Shown: positions 38,269 to 51,110, numbered from the stretch's first letter. The stretch is 64,000 nt of DNA from Camelus ferus (GCF_009834535.1 NC_045707.1:49540001-49604000); one strand, 5' to 3'. Translations and numbers: made by a program. Notes: generated by a model not told the origin, from the letters alone.

Positions 38269-38841
38269 TGAGACAGGAGGTAAGGGGGCATGGCACAACC
38301 AATGAAGGAATGGCACACCAGTTGAGGACAGGGCAAACTGGAGAGAGCCAAGATGGCAGAAGAGTCTATTTCCAGGAGACCCTGAGCCTCATGGCACACC
38401 CACAGGTGCCATGACAGTTCCCAGGCTGACTGTCAAAGGCCAAAAAGTGGGCGGGACCTGATTCCTGGAAATCCCCACCCCTTCCTCAATTCAGATGGAA
38501 TTCTCCTCCTGCTCGTTAGCATATGAAGTTACTGAGCCCATAAAAACTAATAGCCCTGCACTCGTGGTCACTCTCTCTCTTGCCTTCTGAGACAGCCCAG
38601 ACTGTCTGTGTCTATTTCATCTTACCCTAAACATCCTCACATCTCGTGGCCTCTCTCCCTCTTGCCTTTTGAGATGGCCCGCATTCTGCCTGTAGAACGT
38701 GTATCTCCAAAGCCACTCTCCCTGCTGAGTGAGATGGACCACACTCTATAGAGTGTGTATCTCACTAAGTGAACTTGCTTTCACTTTACTCCGGCTCACT
38801 CTTGAATTCTTTCCTGCTCCAGAACCTATTCTCTGGCAACA
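38269..38841 (+). mobile_element. ERV1 solo LTR, MER41-like
   Basis: TGAGACAG...GGCAACA termini; TSD TTCC/ATCC; CAAGATGGC, GTGCCATGACAGTT, CATAAAAA TATA-like box, CTCTTGAATTCTTTCCTG U5 motif. Confidence 0.85.
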
Positions 38842-38954
38842 ATCCTCATAGATATACTCAATGTTTGTTATCACTATTTTTTTCAAAATCTTTATTAATT
38901 TTTTCATGTAAACATGAGTCCTGCCAAGTTAACTACACTTATATACACATGTTT

Positions 38955-39660
38955 ACATCATATCATATTACCAGGAAAACAGAGTATTCTAGGTATTTTA
39001 GGCAGGAAAAAACTTAACCAGAATTTGGTGCTTACAAAGCTGTTGGGAGGGGCAAAGGCCAGAGGAGACTCCACCAGCACAGCTTTACCACTGGACTCAA
39101 TGAGAAAATTGCTTCTGTGACCCAAGTTGGGATTTCCGCTTAACTGCTCCCAATGGTCACAGATGTCTGCAACATAGAGACAGGTGATAAAAAGCAGAGG
39201 AACATCCAGAGATGGCTGCAAAACCTCACTTTTATCCATGCCCAGTTATTCGCCTGCCTATACTAGTAAAATAATAGTATGGTTTCTACCCAGTGGTGAG
39301 CTAAAACTCTCTAACAACTGGCTCACTGAACAGGAGTAAAGTGCTGATTTGTAGTATTTGCCGACTTCCATGATATAAACGCTCCCATTATGGCTGATTT
39401 AAAGTGACTGAATGAAGAGTTGGGGAGGGGTGCACAGGATTGGTTTCTTTGAGCTTTATGAGCGGGGGTCAGCACACCTCTGCCTCTTTTTCGCATTACA
39501 AATATTACCAAATGTATCTCCCTGATGGAACTTAATACAAATTCAGACCCCTTGTTGGTATATAAAGGAGAAGGGGAGATGTATGGCTCTCAAAATGCCT
39601 CTGCAGTACAGGGCAAAGCAAAGAAGGAGGAATCAAGTGTGGCAAGGGCCATCTAGCTCA
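38955..39660 (-). mobile_element. Old ERVL-type LTR split by MER63
   Basis: CAGGAAAACAGAGTATTCTAGGTATTTTAGGCAG..AATTTGGTGCTTACAAA resembles ERVL LTR 3' ends in reverse; boundaries uncertain. Confidence 0.45.
39291..39482. mobile_element. hAT-Blackjack MITE MER63A-like
   Basis: TIRs CAGTGGTGAGCT / AGCACACCTCTG; interior CTGATTTGTAGTATTTGCCGACTTCCATGATATAAACGCTCCCA. Confidence 0.85.
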
Positions 39661-39819
39661 CATAACGGACACACTCGTGTCAGATGCCGTTTTTCCTTTT
39701 CGTGTGAGTAACAAAAAGAAACCCTTGGTGATTTCATCTGCATCATGGCTTAGTTCTCAAACAATGTTCAAGCTTTGCATGGCTCATTTGAAAATCAGTG
39801 TTTAAGCAGGCACAACAAC

Positions 39820-40060
39820 ACTCATTTTAGCTAACATTTATCGAGCCATTATCATGTGCTAGGCATTGTTATAAGCTTTACATGCATTACTCCATTTAGT
39901 CTTCCCAACAATTTCATGTGATAGGTTTACTATTATCCTAATTTTACGGATGAGAAAACTGAAAGTTTTTATGGTTAAATAAAGGGCCCCAGATCACAGC
40001 TATTGAAGAGCAGCATGTTTCAAACTCAAGTTATATGACTCCAAAGCTGTTGCACTTACC
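39820..40060 (-). mobile_element. MIR SINE
   Basis: GCTAACATTTATCGAGC..GTGCTAGGCATTGTT..ATTTTACGGATGAGAAAACTGA. Confidence 0.85.
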
Positions 40061-42647
40061 TCGCTAAAATAGTCTACCTTAAAAACATACAATACTTTAT
40101 GAATTGTTGCTGCTTCTAAGTACCATGCTTGGTATCAGATGCTTGATAGCATCAAGTATCTTAGAATGAACATATTGAAGTATTTTTAGAACTCTGTTGC
40201 CTCTTAGCAATCATCTGATGCTGTTTGGATAGCTTAGCACTGTAATAAGTCCAAAAGAAGAAAAAAAGTGTAGTGTACAGTTCACAGTAATTTGACCATG
40301 AAGTGTCTTCTTTTCCTCTGTTTCCATCATTACTACCTAAAGGTTTGAGCTTTTCCATCCTTCTGTTTAGATGAATATCTCTTATTAATAGTGTCACTGA
40401 GCTTACAGTACATGAAAGAATAAAAAAAAAATCTGCATAACTTTCAAAAGGGAGAAAATATGGTGGAGAAACAGGATTCAATCTTCTTTTCAGTAAACAC
40501 GAATTTTCTGGTTTAGAGATGTTTTGTTTCCAGGTACAGGGTCTGGTTTCAGTGTATAAGCTGTGTAAATGTACACATTGCTTGGAATCACCTCTCTAAT
40601 TTTTCAAGTGCTTTGTCTTGCTGAACCCAGCAGAACATCCCTCTGTGCTTTCATGTCACGCTTGCATACCTTGCATTCCCTTTTCTCAATTTTGTTTTGA
40701 AAGCAAGCAAGCATCTCTCTTTATTATAAAGCATTAAATGATAATTTAGTCAGTGTGCTTTTTACCTGTGTAATTTCAGGTTAATTGCATGGCTGCCTAT
40801 TTGTTCAAGCCAAAGTAATTGTGCTTTCTGTCTTTAGTCAGTCTTTAATTTAAAGTGAATAAATAAAAGGGCATATTTGTGGGAGAGAAGCTGTCCTTTG
40901 AAGAGTGGTGGGCCTGATTTCAGGGGCAGGTGCTGTCCGTGTGGGACACCACATCAAGTCTGGCCACGCTTTTGCCAATGCATGCTATGTTTGTGCCAAC
41001 TCACTGCCTCAGATGCTCTCAGTTCTTGTCAAATACAAGAATGTAAGATGTTTCTCAGCTATGCAATATCTGGTTGATGTACCAAAACATAACAAGACAT
41101 TGAGAACTCTGTGGTTCACATTTCTTCTACCAACTTCAGTTTGATGGTCAACCCAATTGTCCAGTGATAGGCAAAGAAAGAAAATTTGAGTGATAATTAG
41201 ATTTTTTTTAAAAAAAGGAAAAATAATGCTATGCTGCTATTTTCCAAGAGACATTCAGAATTTCAAGGATCAGAGACACTTTTTTCCCGAGCACTAGAAC
41301 AAACAAGGTATTCTAGAGGTATTTTCTTTATGATTTGCTAGGATTTTCTGCTATTTGCTATATCAGCCAAAAATTTCTCAGCTGTGTAGTATCTGGCCAT
41401 TTGGTGTTAGACCAGATTAGTTAAACTTAACTTGACATTCATTTTATAAATCATCGCTGAAGGTGGAAGAAAGCAACTGTGGACCACTGAGCAGGAAAAC
41501 CAGTAAGAATGACAAGCCTGTTTCCAAAGCTAGCCAAAGTTAACCATCCCTAGTGCAGACGACACTAACATTAACCCCAGCTGATATTAATAAACACACA
41601 CACAAAAAATACAATAGACTTAATGACTGTAAATGCTGTCTCCCATCTCAGCACAAACTGCTGTGTCTGGGAATAAACGAGTATTTACCATTTCCTGAAT
41701 TCTGCTCTGGCCAGTGGCCAACGGAGAATGTACATCAAAATTAGAAGAGATAGGAGGTGGAACTTGTTTCTAAATTGATCTGAGTAATGATAGCAAGCTT
41801 AAAAGCTGCCTCCCTGCTTTTAAGGCTCATCGTTGTCTGTTTTCAAGGGTAAAAGAAAACATTCAAGAAAATAACAGGAAGCCAGTCTACAGCTCAGAGA
41901 GAATCTTGCTCGATTTGATTCCTTTGCAGCATTGCATTATCATCTGCGTGGACGGAGAGCTCAACCCTGCCTCCTTTCCATCCCCACCCCACCCCCGTCA
42001 CCCCACCCCACTAATGGACCCAGAGCTCACCCCTGCCAGACCCTGAAATGCATAAAGTGGAAATGAGAAGGGAAATGCCTTTGCCACACCTCTGTTTCTG
42101 TCTTAGGAGAGCTCTCCGGTACATCTGCTTGCTGTCTTACCCAGAGGCTTTATATTACCACATTAAATAGGGCAGATGTCATGAAGGGACAAATTGGATG
42201 TGTGCTGGCTTGAGCCATCTTTTAGAAAACCCCAGATACATTTCATCTTAACGAAACACCCACACAAAGAGAATCTCTGGTCTTTCAAGCCCAGAAGTCA
42301 CTTGCTCCCTAGTCATGTTGTCTTCTTGGGAATTTTGAGACAGCTTCCTGAAAAATGCCATCAAGTTTATTGTTGGCAGAGTCAGGAGAATGCACAGATT
42401 AAGAAAATCTATTCGGGATCATTGTTCTAGAAACAATGTAACTAATTACATTTTCATCCAAAGAAGATATATTCTAATAACTACCTTGAACAGGAGATAT
42501 GAGAGGAATATTTATTTATTAACAATATTACTTTTAAAAATTAAAGTAGATGGCAGGAATTTGAAATAAATGATAACCTCTCCCACATGTATAACCACAC
42601 ACATGTGCGCATTTTACACACAGGCACAGACTCAAATACTTGGACAC

Positions 42648-43685
42648 TGTATTCATTTATAGGGCTATAGTAACAACGTACCACAGACCAGGGAGCTTAA
42701 AAAACAAACATTTATTCTCTTACAGATATGAGAAGCTAGAAGTTCAAAATCAAAGTGTCTTAGAGTCATGGTTCCTCTGGAGACTCTAGGAAGTCATCCC
42801 TCCTTGGCCCTTCCTACCTTGTGGTGGTTGACTGCAATCTTTGGAGTTGTTTGGAATATAGATGCATCGCTACAATCTCTGCCTCCATCTTCACATGGTA
42901 GTCTTCCCTCTGTGTGCACATGAATTTTTGAGGGACTATTCAAACCAATACAGTCTTCCTCTGGCCCCCAAAATTCATGTCTTTCCCATGTGCAAAATAG
43001 ATTCAGTCCATCCCAACATCCCTAGAAGTCTTAGTCCATTCTCATATTAACTTCTAACTCCAAAAATCTCATCTAAATGCCACCAAATCAAAAAAAAAAC
43101 AGTCCCAAATCTCACTATCTAAATCAGATGTGGGTGAGACTCTGGGTATGGTCCAACTGAGGCAAAAATTTCTCTCTGTCCACAGACCCATAAAACTAGA
43201 AAACAAGTTTTCTGCTCCCAAAATACGATAGGACAGATATTGGATAGATAGTCTCATCCTAAGGAGGAAAAAAAAATGGAAGGAATAAAGGGATTTCTGG
43301 TCTAAAACAAATTCAAAACACAACAGGGCAAATTCCATGAGGTTTTCAAGGCTTGGGAATGACCCTATGTGGCTCAGTGCTCTGTTCTTTGGAACCTCCA
43401 AAATGACTGTGCCACCCTCCATGGGTTCCCTGACTTGTAAATGTATCACTCCAGTCTCTGCTTCCATAGTCACATAGAGCTCTCTTTGCATTTGTCTCTG
43501 TGTCCATATCTCCCTCTTCTTATAAGGACTAGTCATTGGATTAGGACCCACCCAAATCCAACATGACTTCATCTTACCTTGACTATATCTGCAAAGATCC
43601 TACTTCCAGACAAGGTGCCATTCATAGGTATCAGGGATTGGGACTTTAACATATCTTTTAGGGAGGCACAATTCAACCCACAACA
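42648..43685 (-). mobile_element. Internally deleted MLT1C-like MaLR provirus (LTR-int-partial LTR)
   Basis: 3' LTR 42648-42952, PPT and internal sequence 42953-about 43420, 5' LTR part about 43420-43685; TSD GACAC/GACAT. Confidence 0.85.
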
Positions 43686-43961
43686 GACATACACAAAAGG
43701 AGAATGAGAGCAGTGATATAATATGCATCCAAAGAAAAATTATTGAAAAAATATATGTCAAAATTTTCTTCTACTCTTACATGTAGGCAATAAACTTAAT
43801 GATCAACATAAAAAAGGAAATCTGATCATTTACATAGTCCATGGTGTCCATGAGATTTAAAAAACAAATAAATAAACTTAGTGCTGTGGAAAAACACAAC
43901 TACTGCTAATACTAAGACCAGAAAGAAGTAAATCTCTAATTTAAGACTGTGTGTAAGATTG

Positions 43962-44347
43962 TAGGCATTCCTCAAGTTATTGCTCTTCAAAGATACTGCA
44001 TTTTTTACAAACTGAATGTGGCAACCCCACATCGAGCAAGTCTGTCAGCACTATTTTTCAGACAGCATTTGCTCACTTAGTGTCTCTTTGTCACATTTTT
44101 GCAATTCTCATAATATTTCAAATCTTTTCATCATTACATTTGTTATATGATCTGTGATCAGTGACCTTTGATGTTACTATTACAACTTGCTGAAGGTGCA
44201 GATAATGGTTAACATTTTTTTTAACAAATTGAGTATTTTTTTAATTAGGGTATGTACATTGTTTCTGTCCCCCCCCCCCCAAATCTATGGAACTCACTGT
44301 ATTACAGTGTCTGGAACCAAACCCACGTTATCTCCAACATATGCTTA
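43962..44347 (+). mobile_element. Tigger1-derived non-autonomous element (Tigger1a-like)
   Basis: Both Tigger1 ends: TGGCAACCCCACATCGAGCAAGTCT..TGTGATCAGTGACCTTTGATGTTACTATT joined to GCTGAAGGTGCAGAT..TCTGGAACCAAACCCAC..TATCTCC. Confidence 0.88.
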
Positions 44348-45080
44348 TATCTCTTTAAAGACAAAAATCTGACTACACATAAAATGAAGCATTATTTGCT
44401 AGTTGCATATATATCCTTCACTTTAAAAGAGCTTTAAAATAGAATTACAAAGCAGAATAATGAATGGGAGATGGAAATATATATTCTGAAATCACTTAAG
44501 TTGAAAGATCATATTTAAATATTAGTTGTAGATGATTCTTAAAGAAGGTACAAATACACAGTTTAGTGATTTCCCCAGTCAAGAAGGTACTCTTAGAATT
44601 CGGGGAAGAGTTTAGAGGCAGAGAGTAAGGAAGCACTGCAACATTAGAATGCCAGCATATAAACAGACGCAAGGCTAGCGGAATGAGCATGGCTGTAAAT
44701 TTCTTTGAAATAAGTTTCAGTTCAGATGACAGAGATTTTTCCACAGATGCACAGTTCCAATTATGTAGTAGAAATCAGTAGCAAAATAGGATTTGATTTC
44801 TAGGGATTTACTTAGGAGCTAAATGTGTTGGAATAACTTGGAAAGTAAATGATAACCGCATTTTGTAAAGATAATATCTTTATTCAGAATCTTCTCACTT
44901 TTCCAAACTGTGGTGTTTTATTTCAGGTACTCACTCATCTTTGGGGTTTTCTATCCTAATTCCAGCATTAGGTCCCCTGTTCCCAAGCATACTCTTTCTT
45001 CAGCCCACTTTAAGTCAGTCATAATTGTTTCTGAAGCCTTACTTGTTAAGCTTTAGTTTTTATAAAAATTTCTTACAAGA

Positions 45081-45392
45081 CATGTTAGTCCATACATGCT
45101 GCTATAGCAAAATACCCACAGGCTGGGTGGCTCATCAACAGCAGACATTTATTTCTCACAGTTCTGGAGGCTGGACATTCCCGGTCAGATCAGGGTGCCA
45201 GGAGGGTCAGATCGAAGTCCTCTTCCAGGTCACAGGCTTCTCGTTTTATCTGCACTTGGCAGAGCAAGAGAGGGAGCTCTTCGAGGTCTCTTCTGTAAGA
45301 ACACGAATGCTGTCCATGAGTGCTCCACCCTCATGTCCAAAGACCTCCCACAGGCCCCCTCCTGATACCAGTGCCTTAGGCATTAGAATGTG
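45081..45392 (-). mobile_element. MaLR LTR MLT1A-like, partial
   Basis: GCTGCTATAGCAAAATACC..ATTTATTTCTCACAGTTCTGGAGGCTGG..CTCCACCCTCATG. Confidence 0.85.
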
Positions 45393-48300
45393 TGATCTCT
45401 CTTTCTCTCTGTCTTTCTTCATCTTTTCTGTATCTCTCTTCTGTAATTCCACCTGCTTCATACACTTTATCATAACTTCAAAGCTCATAGCTTTTCTCTT
45501 TTTGATTAGTGACAGGTAAGTTATGTCTTAGTATCTTCTACTAGATTTTAATTTCTTTTTTGAGGTTAGGGTTTTATCATCTGCATATGGCTCAGAATAT
45601 TAGCAGTAAGCATTATGTTCCTTGCTGACTTGAATCAATAATAATCTAATTAATTAGCTCAACATTATGTTATTTCCTATGACAGTAGTTACATGAGTGA
45701 GTAGTGATACCAAGCTACCCCAATAGGTCTAAGTGATAAAATTACACAGGAGCCTGAAATAAAAACCATGTTTTTTATTTGATTCTTGTGGTACATCTGG
45801 ACGACATAAGCTGTAGTTATGAAGTCATGGGAGCCATGAAAACACTTGTACCTATGCACAAAGATGATCTCGTGACAGGCCTCTCCAAGAGTTTATACGC
45901 TGAGTGCCTCTCAGAGTGTCCCCTTGCAAAAATCACGAGCCTTTTTATTACTTATTTATTATACTTCAGCCAGGTTACAAAAGAGGAGCATCCCCCTGCA
46001 TCTGCTGCTCTCACAAACAATTGTGGCCACCCTCAACTGTGGGATCTACCTTTTTTAGGCTTCATTACTCTGTTAACATCTGGATAAGCAGGGACCTTGG
46101 AGGCAACTTTTCACACAAAGATAAGCCTGAAAAAGGCCTTTAAGACCACAGATAGCTTAAAGATAAAATTAAGGTCATTGTTCTCTAATTACAACACCTC
46201 TTAAGGGAATTTGTTATTCTTACACAAGTCAGCACCAATCAGTCACAAAGCATTTTAAGTCATTTTAAACCTAGCCTTTAGCTATAATGCAAGGCAAGAT
46301 TGGATTAAGACATTTTACATAGATAACTCAATGAAGTCATTGACTTAAAATGCCCAATTTTTGTTTTGCACATAGAAGTATATAATCAGCCAAGAGGAAC
46401 AAAACAGTAACGAATACAAAACAGAATGTTCACAGACCTTTGTCTACATAAATTAAAATATAACCTGCAGAACATTTTAAGCGAATCCATCTATGGCTTT
46501 ATAAGGTCTCTTTTAAACCACTTTTGTTACGTATTGTTTTATGTTCAAGTTTTGCATTCAACAGATCAAATGAAAGCAAAACTCTGACAAATGTACCTGC
46601 CAAACTTTGCCCCAAATAGATTTCAGTGAAAAAATTTTAGATTATCCAAAACCTGTTTGGCCTACTGTGCAGGACTTTCTGAGTAGAGAAAATGTTAGGA
46701 AGGTTAGAGCCATATGGTTCACATACCCATAGAATTGAAGTAGAGATAAAACCAAAGACCTTTACTTTGTATTTATTATCTAGGAGCTAGGTGAATATAC
46801 ATTATGTTGCTCAGCTAGATCAGTTTGGGGAGTTTCTTATTACTTTTAAATCTCTCTCTCTCTCAAGCTTAATGCAATTATCTGAATAGGTTAGATAATG
46901 CTGGTTAAATGAAAGAATGTGAGAAAGCTCAGATAATAGAAAGAGAATCTGATTAAGACTAACTCAGGAAATACCCCTGAATCATGGGCACCATCTCTGA
47001 CACCTAATTTTATCTATATTATATAAATCTTCCTCACCATCAAAATTTAACTCAAACTTATACCCTCTACATATTTCACGTAATCGCCTCTCTTCAAATT
47101 CCTACAACATTATGCACCCTCCACCCCGCCCCGGCTATACAACTTAAGAAAAATTAGATGGATATGATATCATTTCTTCTTGCTTCATCTGTTTTGTCTT
47201 GCTCCACACTTGGGGGGGATTGTAAGTTTCTTGAAGAGGCTCAATGCCCCTTGGCTTTGTATATCCTTCAAAGTGACTAACACAGAGTGGCTACGCTGTT
47301 GAATGTACACATTCAAGCTTCCCAAAAAAGAAATCTTGTTTTGGTAAGATGCACTCCAAATTATTACCTTTTTTAATATTAAAAACCCATATACCCATGG
47401 GAGATCTATGTAGTTGCAGTAAATCCCAGGAGAATACTCGTGTGATTTTAATGACTACCTAAGGTCTGCGCTACCTGAGATGCATCATGACACAAATGCA
47501 GCGGGTGGGGAGAGAAACGTAATTACAAACTCCAGGTGTTTGGTACGGCTTTTCTTGCATGCAGCTGCCATTATCTCTGCTTATCGTTGACGTGTCATTT
47601 TACATTCTGGCAGCAATGATTTTTCCTAATTATATACGGGAAAATAAATTGTAGTATGTGTTTAATACAAACAATCTGTTATTTGGGCAGTCATGTCAAA
47701 CGGTTAATCATGTTTAAAACTAACAGGAACAGGTTAGGGGACAGAAATATACTGTGAAAAGACAACTTCCTCTTTTCATAACCTTGATTTAAAGTGTAAT
47801 CTGAAGGTCAGAAAAGTGACTTCAAGAAACATGTTAGCATTTTTACCACTGAATAGTTTCTCCTTTAACATGCAGAATTCTTTTGGATTAGATGACACGT
47901 CCTGCTCCTAGCTTAGGTATCCCCACAGATACCTGTCTCTTCCCTCTGCTTCTCATTTCCCGTGTTTGGCCACTTACCTCTGCCCCATGGTGTGTCAGGG
48001 CAGAAGAATCCAACATTTGTGCTGCAGCTCAACCAGTTTCTAGCTGACAAGAAATTAGGGAGTGTCATTTCTAAGAGGAAGCTCAGTGTGAGATTTTGTT
48101 CCCCATCTCTCCAATAAGAGTGATTATTCTGGTTCTGCCTTGCAAACAAGAATTATTCCTTCAAATAAGTCCAATGAATTTAAGTAAATTTTAAAAAAAT
48201 CTGTATTCTTCAATCCACCTATTAGGAAGAATTATTTACTCTCAGTGGATGGGCATGTAGCTGTTTAAAAAACAGGCTTGGATAATATTGCTTCTTAGCC

Positions 48301-49924
48301 AAGTGTCATCACTGTTAACAACTTGGGGGGAAAAAATCAAAGAGGGTACCAACTGTCACATTTATGGTCCCTCGAAATATTCCCAGACTTGTGTAAATCT
48401 ACATATGATTGCATGGCTACTATTGATTTACAAAAGCTTATCTATTTTTCGAGCAAATATTAGGGTTCCCACCCATGACTACAACATTGTCAGCTAGGGA
48501 AGTTCCAGGCAGTTCTGCTGTTTTTCTGAATCTTTCACGACATCTCTGTCAACTGCAGAGCTTATCCATACCTGGCCAATACTTCGACCATCATGAAAAT
48601 CAAGCATTTAAAACTATAGTACACCGCAGTTAAAAAAAAAAAAAAAAGGGAATCTCATCTCAGCTGGAAGTTACTGTGTGTAGTAACCTATATCTGCAAT
48701 GACTTGTTCTCTCTCCACCTCAGACTTGGAGAATGCCAAAGAAACATACATGACAGAGTAAATTGTCTAGTATTTCAGGAGAATGGGTATGCAGACAGAG
48801 ACTGATCATGCAAGAACAGATGAAGGAAAATCCCATGGATGTTAGGAGAAAACAGGGGAAGAACTAACCACAAACTGGGCTGAGCAGAGGAGAATGATAG
48901 AAGCTGTCAGCAGGGTCTGACATAAGGCAGCAAATTTCCAAGGAATAGAAGACATTGTACCTCCCAAGAACAACAGAAAAATAAAAAACAGAAGATGATA
49001 TTCTAGTGACATGAAGTCAAGCTCCTGATGCTTTAGGGTCCTGTTGTTCCCCATGACCACTCACCTATTAATACAACACCAAAAATAGAGAAACACAGAC
49101 CACATTCTTCATCTCCTGTAAGTTGACAAAGCTATTCATCTTCAGTGAGTGGAGGTCATAGAAAAACCTGGTTTTATGAGCAAGAGGAGTCTAGAAATAA
49201 ACACTCTCAGTTTGCCATTAGCCATTATTAATAGGGTAGCAAAATTAATTTATTTTAATGTTATACCCAAGAGGCATATGTTTTCCTTTCCGTGTGATTA
49301 CGAAAATACTGAACATCCCCTGAGGAAAGAAGTCCTTTTTTAGACTTCAGGAACAGACAACCCAATTTTCTCTGAGTTTGTTTTTTCTCCTTTGAGAGCA
49401 TACTTAATTTGTTAATGCAGGAGTGCATTTGTCACCAATAAAATTCATCTTCACTCTATAAACAGACTGCCTGAAATTAGTCCTGATAGAGGGAAAGCTA
49501 GGGGGAGTGTATTCGGTTGCATGTTATGAAAACATAATTCAATGGTTTAATTTGTAATAGGATTTTTTTACATCCAACTATTGCATAAGCAACAGCGAAA
49601 CAGATACTGGAAGACCATGCTTCTAGTCACCTTTGCCAAAAAATGGCTTTTATGATTATGGATCCAAAAAAGAAAGCGAACTCTTCTTTAATGGGGGCTT
49701 CACTGCTGTCCAAGGGGGCCAAAGGCTGTCCGGGTATATTCCTTCCAACATTGTTATATATCAACAAGTAGTGAAATTGTGACTATTTGTGAAGAGTTTT
49801 GGAAGAAAAAAATGGATGGGACATGGCAGCTGCCGTCGAGGTATGCATAACCTGATAGGGACATCCACACCGAGTAAATAACTGTCTCACGAGGCAGAGT
49901 GGAGGAAGAGTCAGGAGGGGATTT

Positions 49925-50345
49925 GGTTAAAATGGGTTTTTGTCTACAAAGGCCAGAAACCTAAATTAAACTAGCTTAACAGTAAGGAAGTCTGGTGTGA
50001 TGCAAAAGAGGAAGTACAGAGTTAGGGCAGGCTGCAGGGGTTCACCCATGTCCTCCCAGGTGCACTTCCTCCTATCACGCCCAAGCTGCCCATCACAGCA
50101 TCGCTTCATTCTAAGGTGGGCAGCCTTGCTGGGAGATGGCTGCCAGCAGCAGTCAGAGCAAGTGCTTCTTTGTTCACATCCAGCAGGGGAGAAAGACTGG
50201 ATTCTTGCTCCAAAACCCTTTCCTAGGATTGCACTGGCCTGTATCGGAGCTCATGGCTGATAAGAGGGTCGAGGTTGCCCTGATTGACTTAGACTAATCC
50301 GTAGGGTATGAGAGAGGGTGGGGAGCCAAAGAGCAGCCAACCAGG
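49925..50345 (-). mobile_element. Old MaLR LTR (MLT1K/L-like)
   Basis: CAGAAACCTAAATTAAACTAGCTTAA..AGATGGCTGCCAGCAGC..TGATTGACTTAGACTAATC. Confidence 0.6.
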
Positions 50346-50874
50346 TGTGGTGAAGGGCTTAGACCTGATGCAGATCCTGGCTTTCCCAAAGCTAGGAGCT
50401 TCCTTGGGCCTTGGTGGGTTATCTTGAAGTTCAGAACTGCCAGAAGTGCAGGCAAGAGGCAACACTTAGTGTGGGGAAAATGTTTTTAAAGCCTCTGAGA
50501 GATGATTCATTATGCCTCTGTGACATTTCTAAATATGGATAAGAGGAATACCTCAGTATTCTCCCTTTTTTCCCCAAAGTCAGATAATCATTCTAAAGCA
50601 GTTGCCAAGCATTTTTTAAACTGATATTTCTAGCTCCTTCCAAAACAGTCTGTCACTAAACTCACCCACTCTGCATAGGAGGGGGAGGAGGAGGAGAAGC
50701 TGCAGTGATATTACTTTTTATAGAGACATTAATTCTTCAGTTTTGTCAGCTTCTGAAGGGTAGTAAGATGCTTTCAACCTTATCATGCCTCTTGTCTGTG
50801 GGCATCCTGCCCTATTCTGCGTCCATACCTGGTCCTTGGCACTTAATTGTAAGATTGCTTCTTTCATTTTTTAA

Positions 50875-51110
50875 TTTTTAATGTTTACAGTAATCCATGC
50901 ACTGGTATAAGCTCATTATAGGTGTTATAATCTCATTACAGCCATAAACTCATTTAATTTTCATAACAATCCCTGATAGGAATTATATTATTCTAACTTT
51001 ACAGGTGAGAAAACTGAGCCACAGAGAGACTGAGTAACTAACCCAAGATCACACAGCACTCCAGGTGCAGAGTCTGTATTCTTACCTATGAAACCACAGA
51101 GACTATCAAT
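50875..51110 (-). mobile_element. MIR SINE
   Basis: TTTTACAGGTGAGAAAACTGAGCCACAGAGAG..AACCCAAGATCACACAGC. Confidence 0.85.

Noticed and set aside
43069..43572. 167-aa ORF
   Set aside because: Lies wholly within MLT1 LTR/internal sequence; no recognisable domain.
45025..45519. 164-aa ORF
   Set aside because: Antisense read-through of an MLT1A LTR plus pyrimidine-rich sequence.
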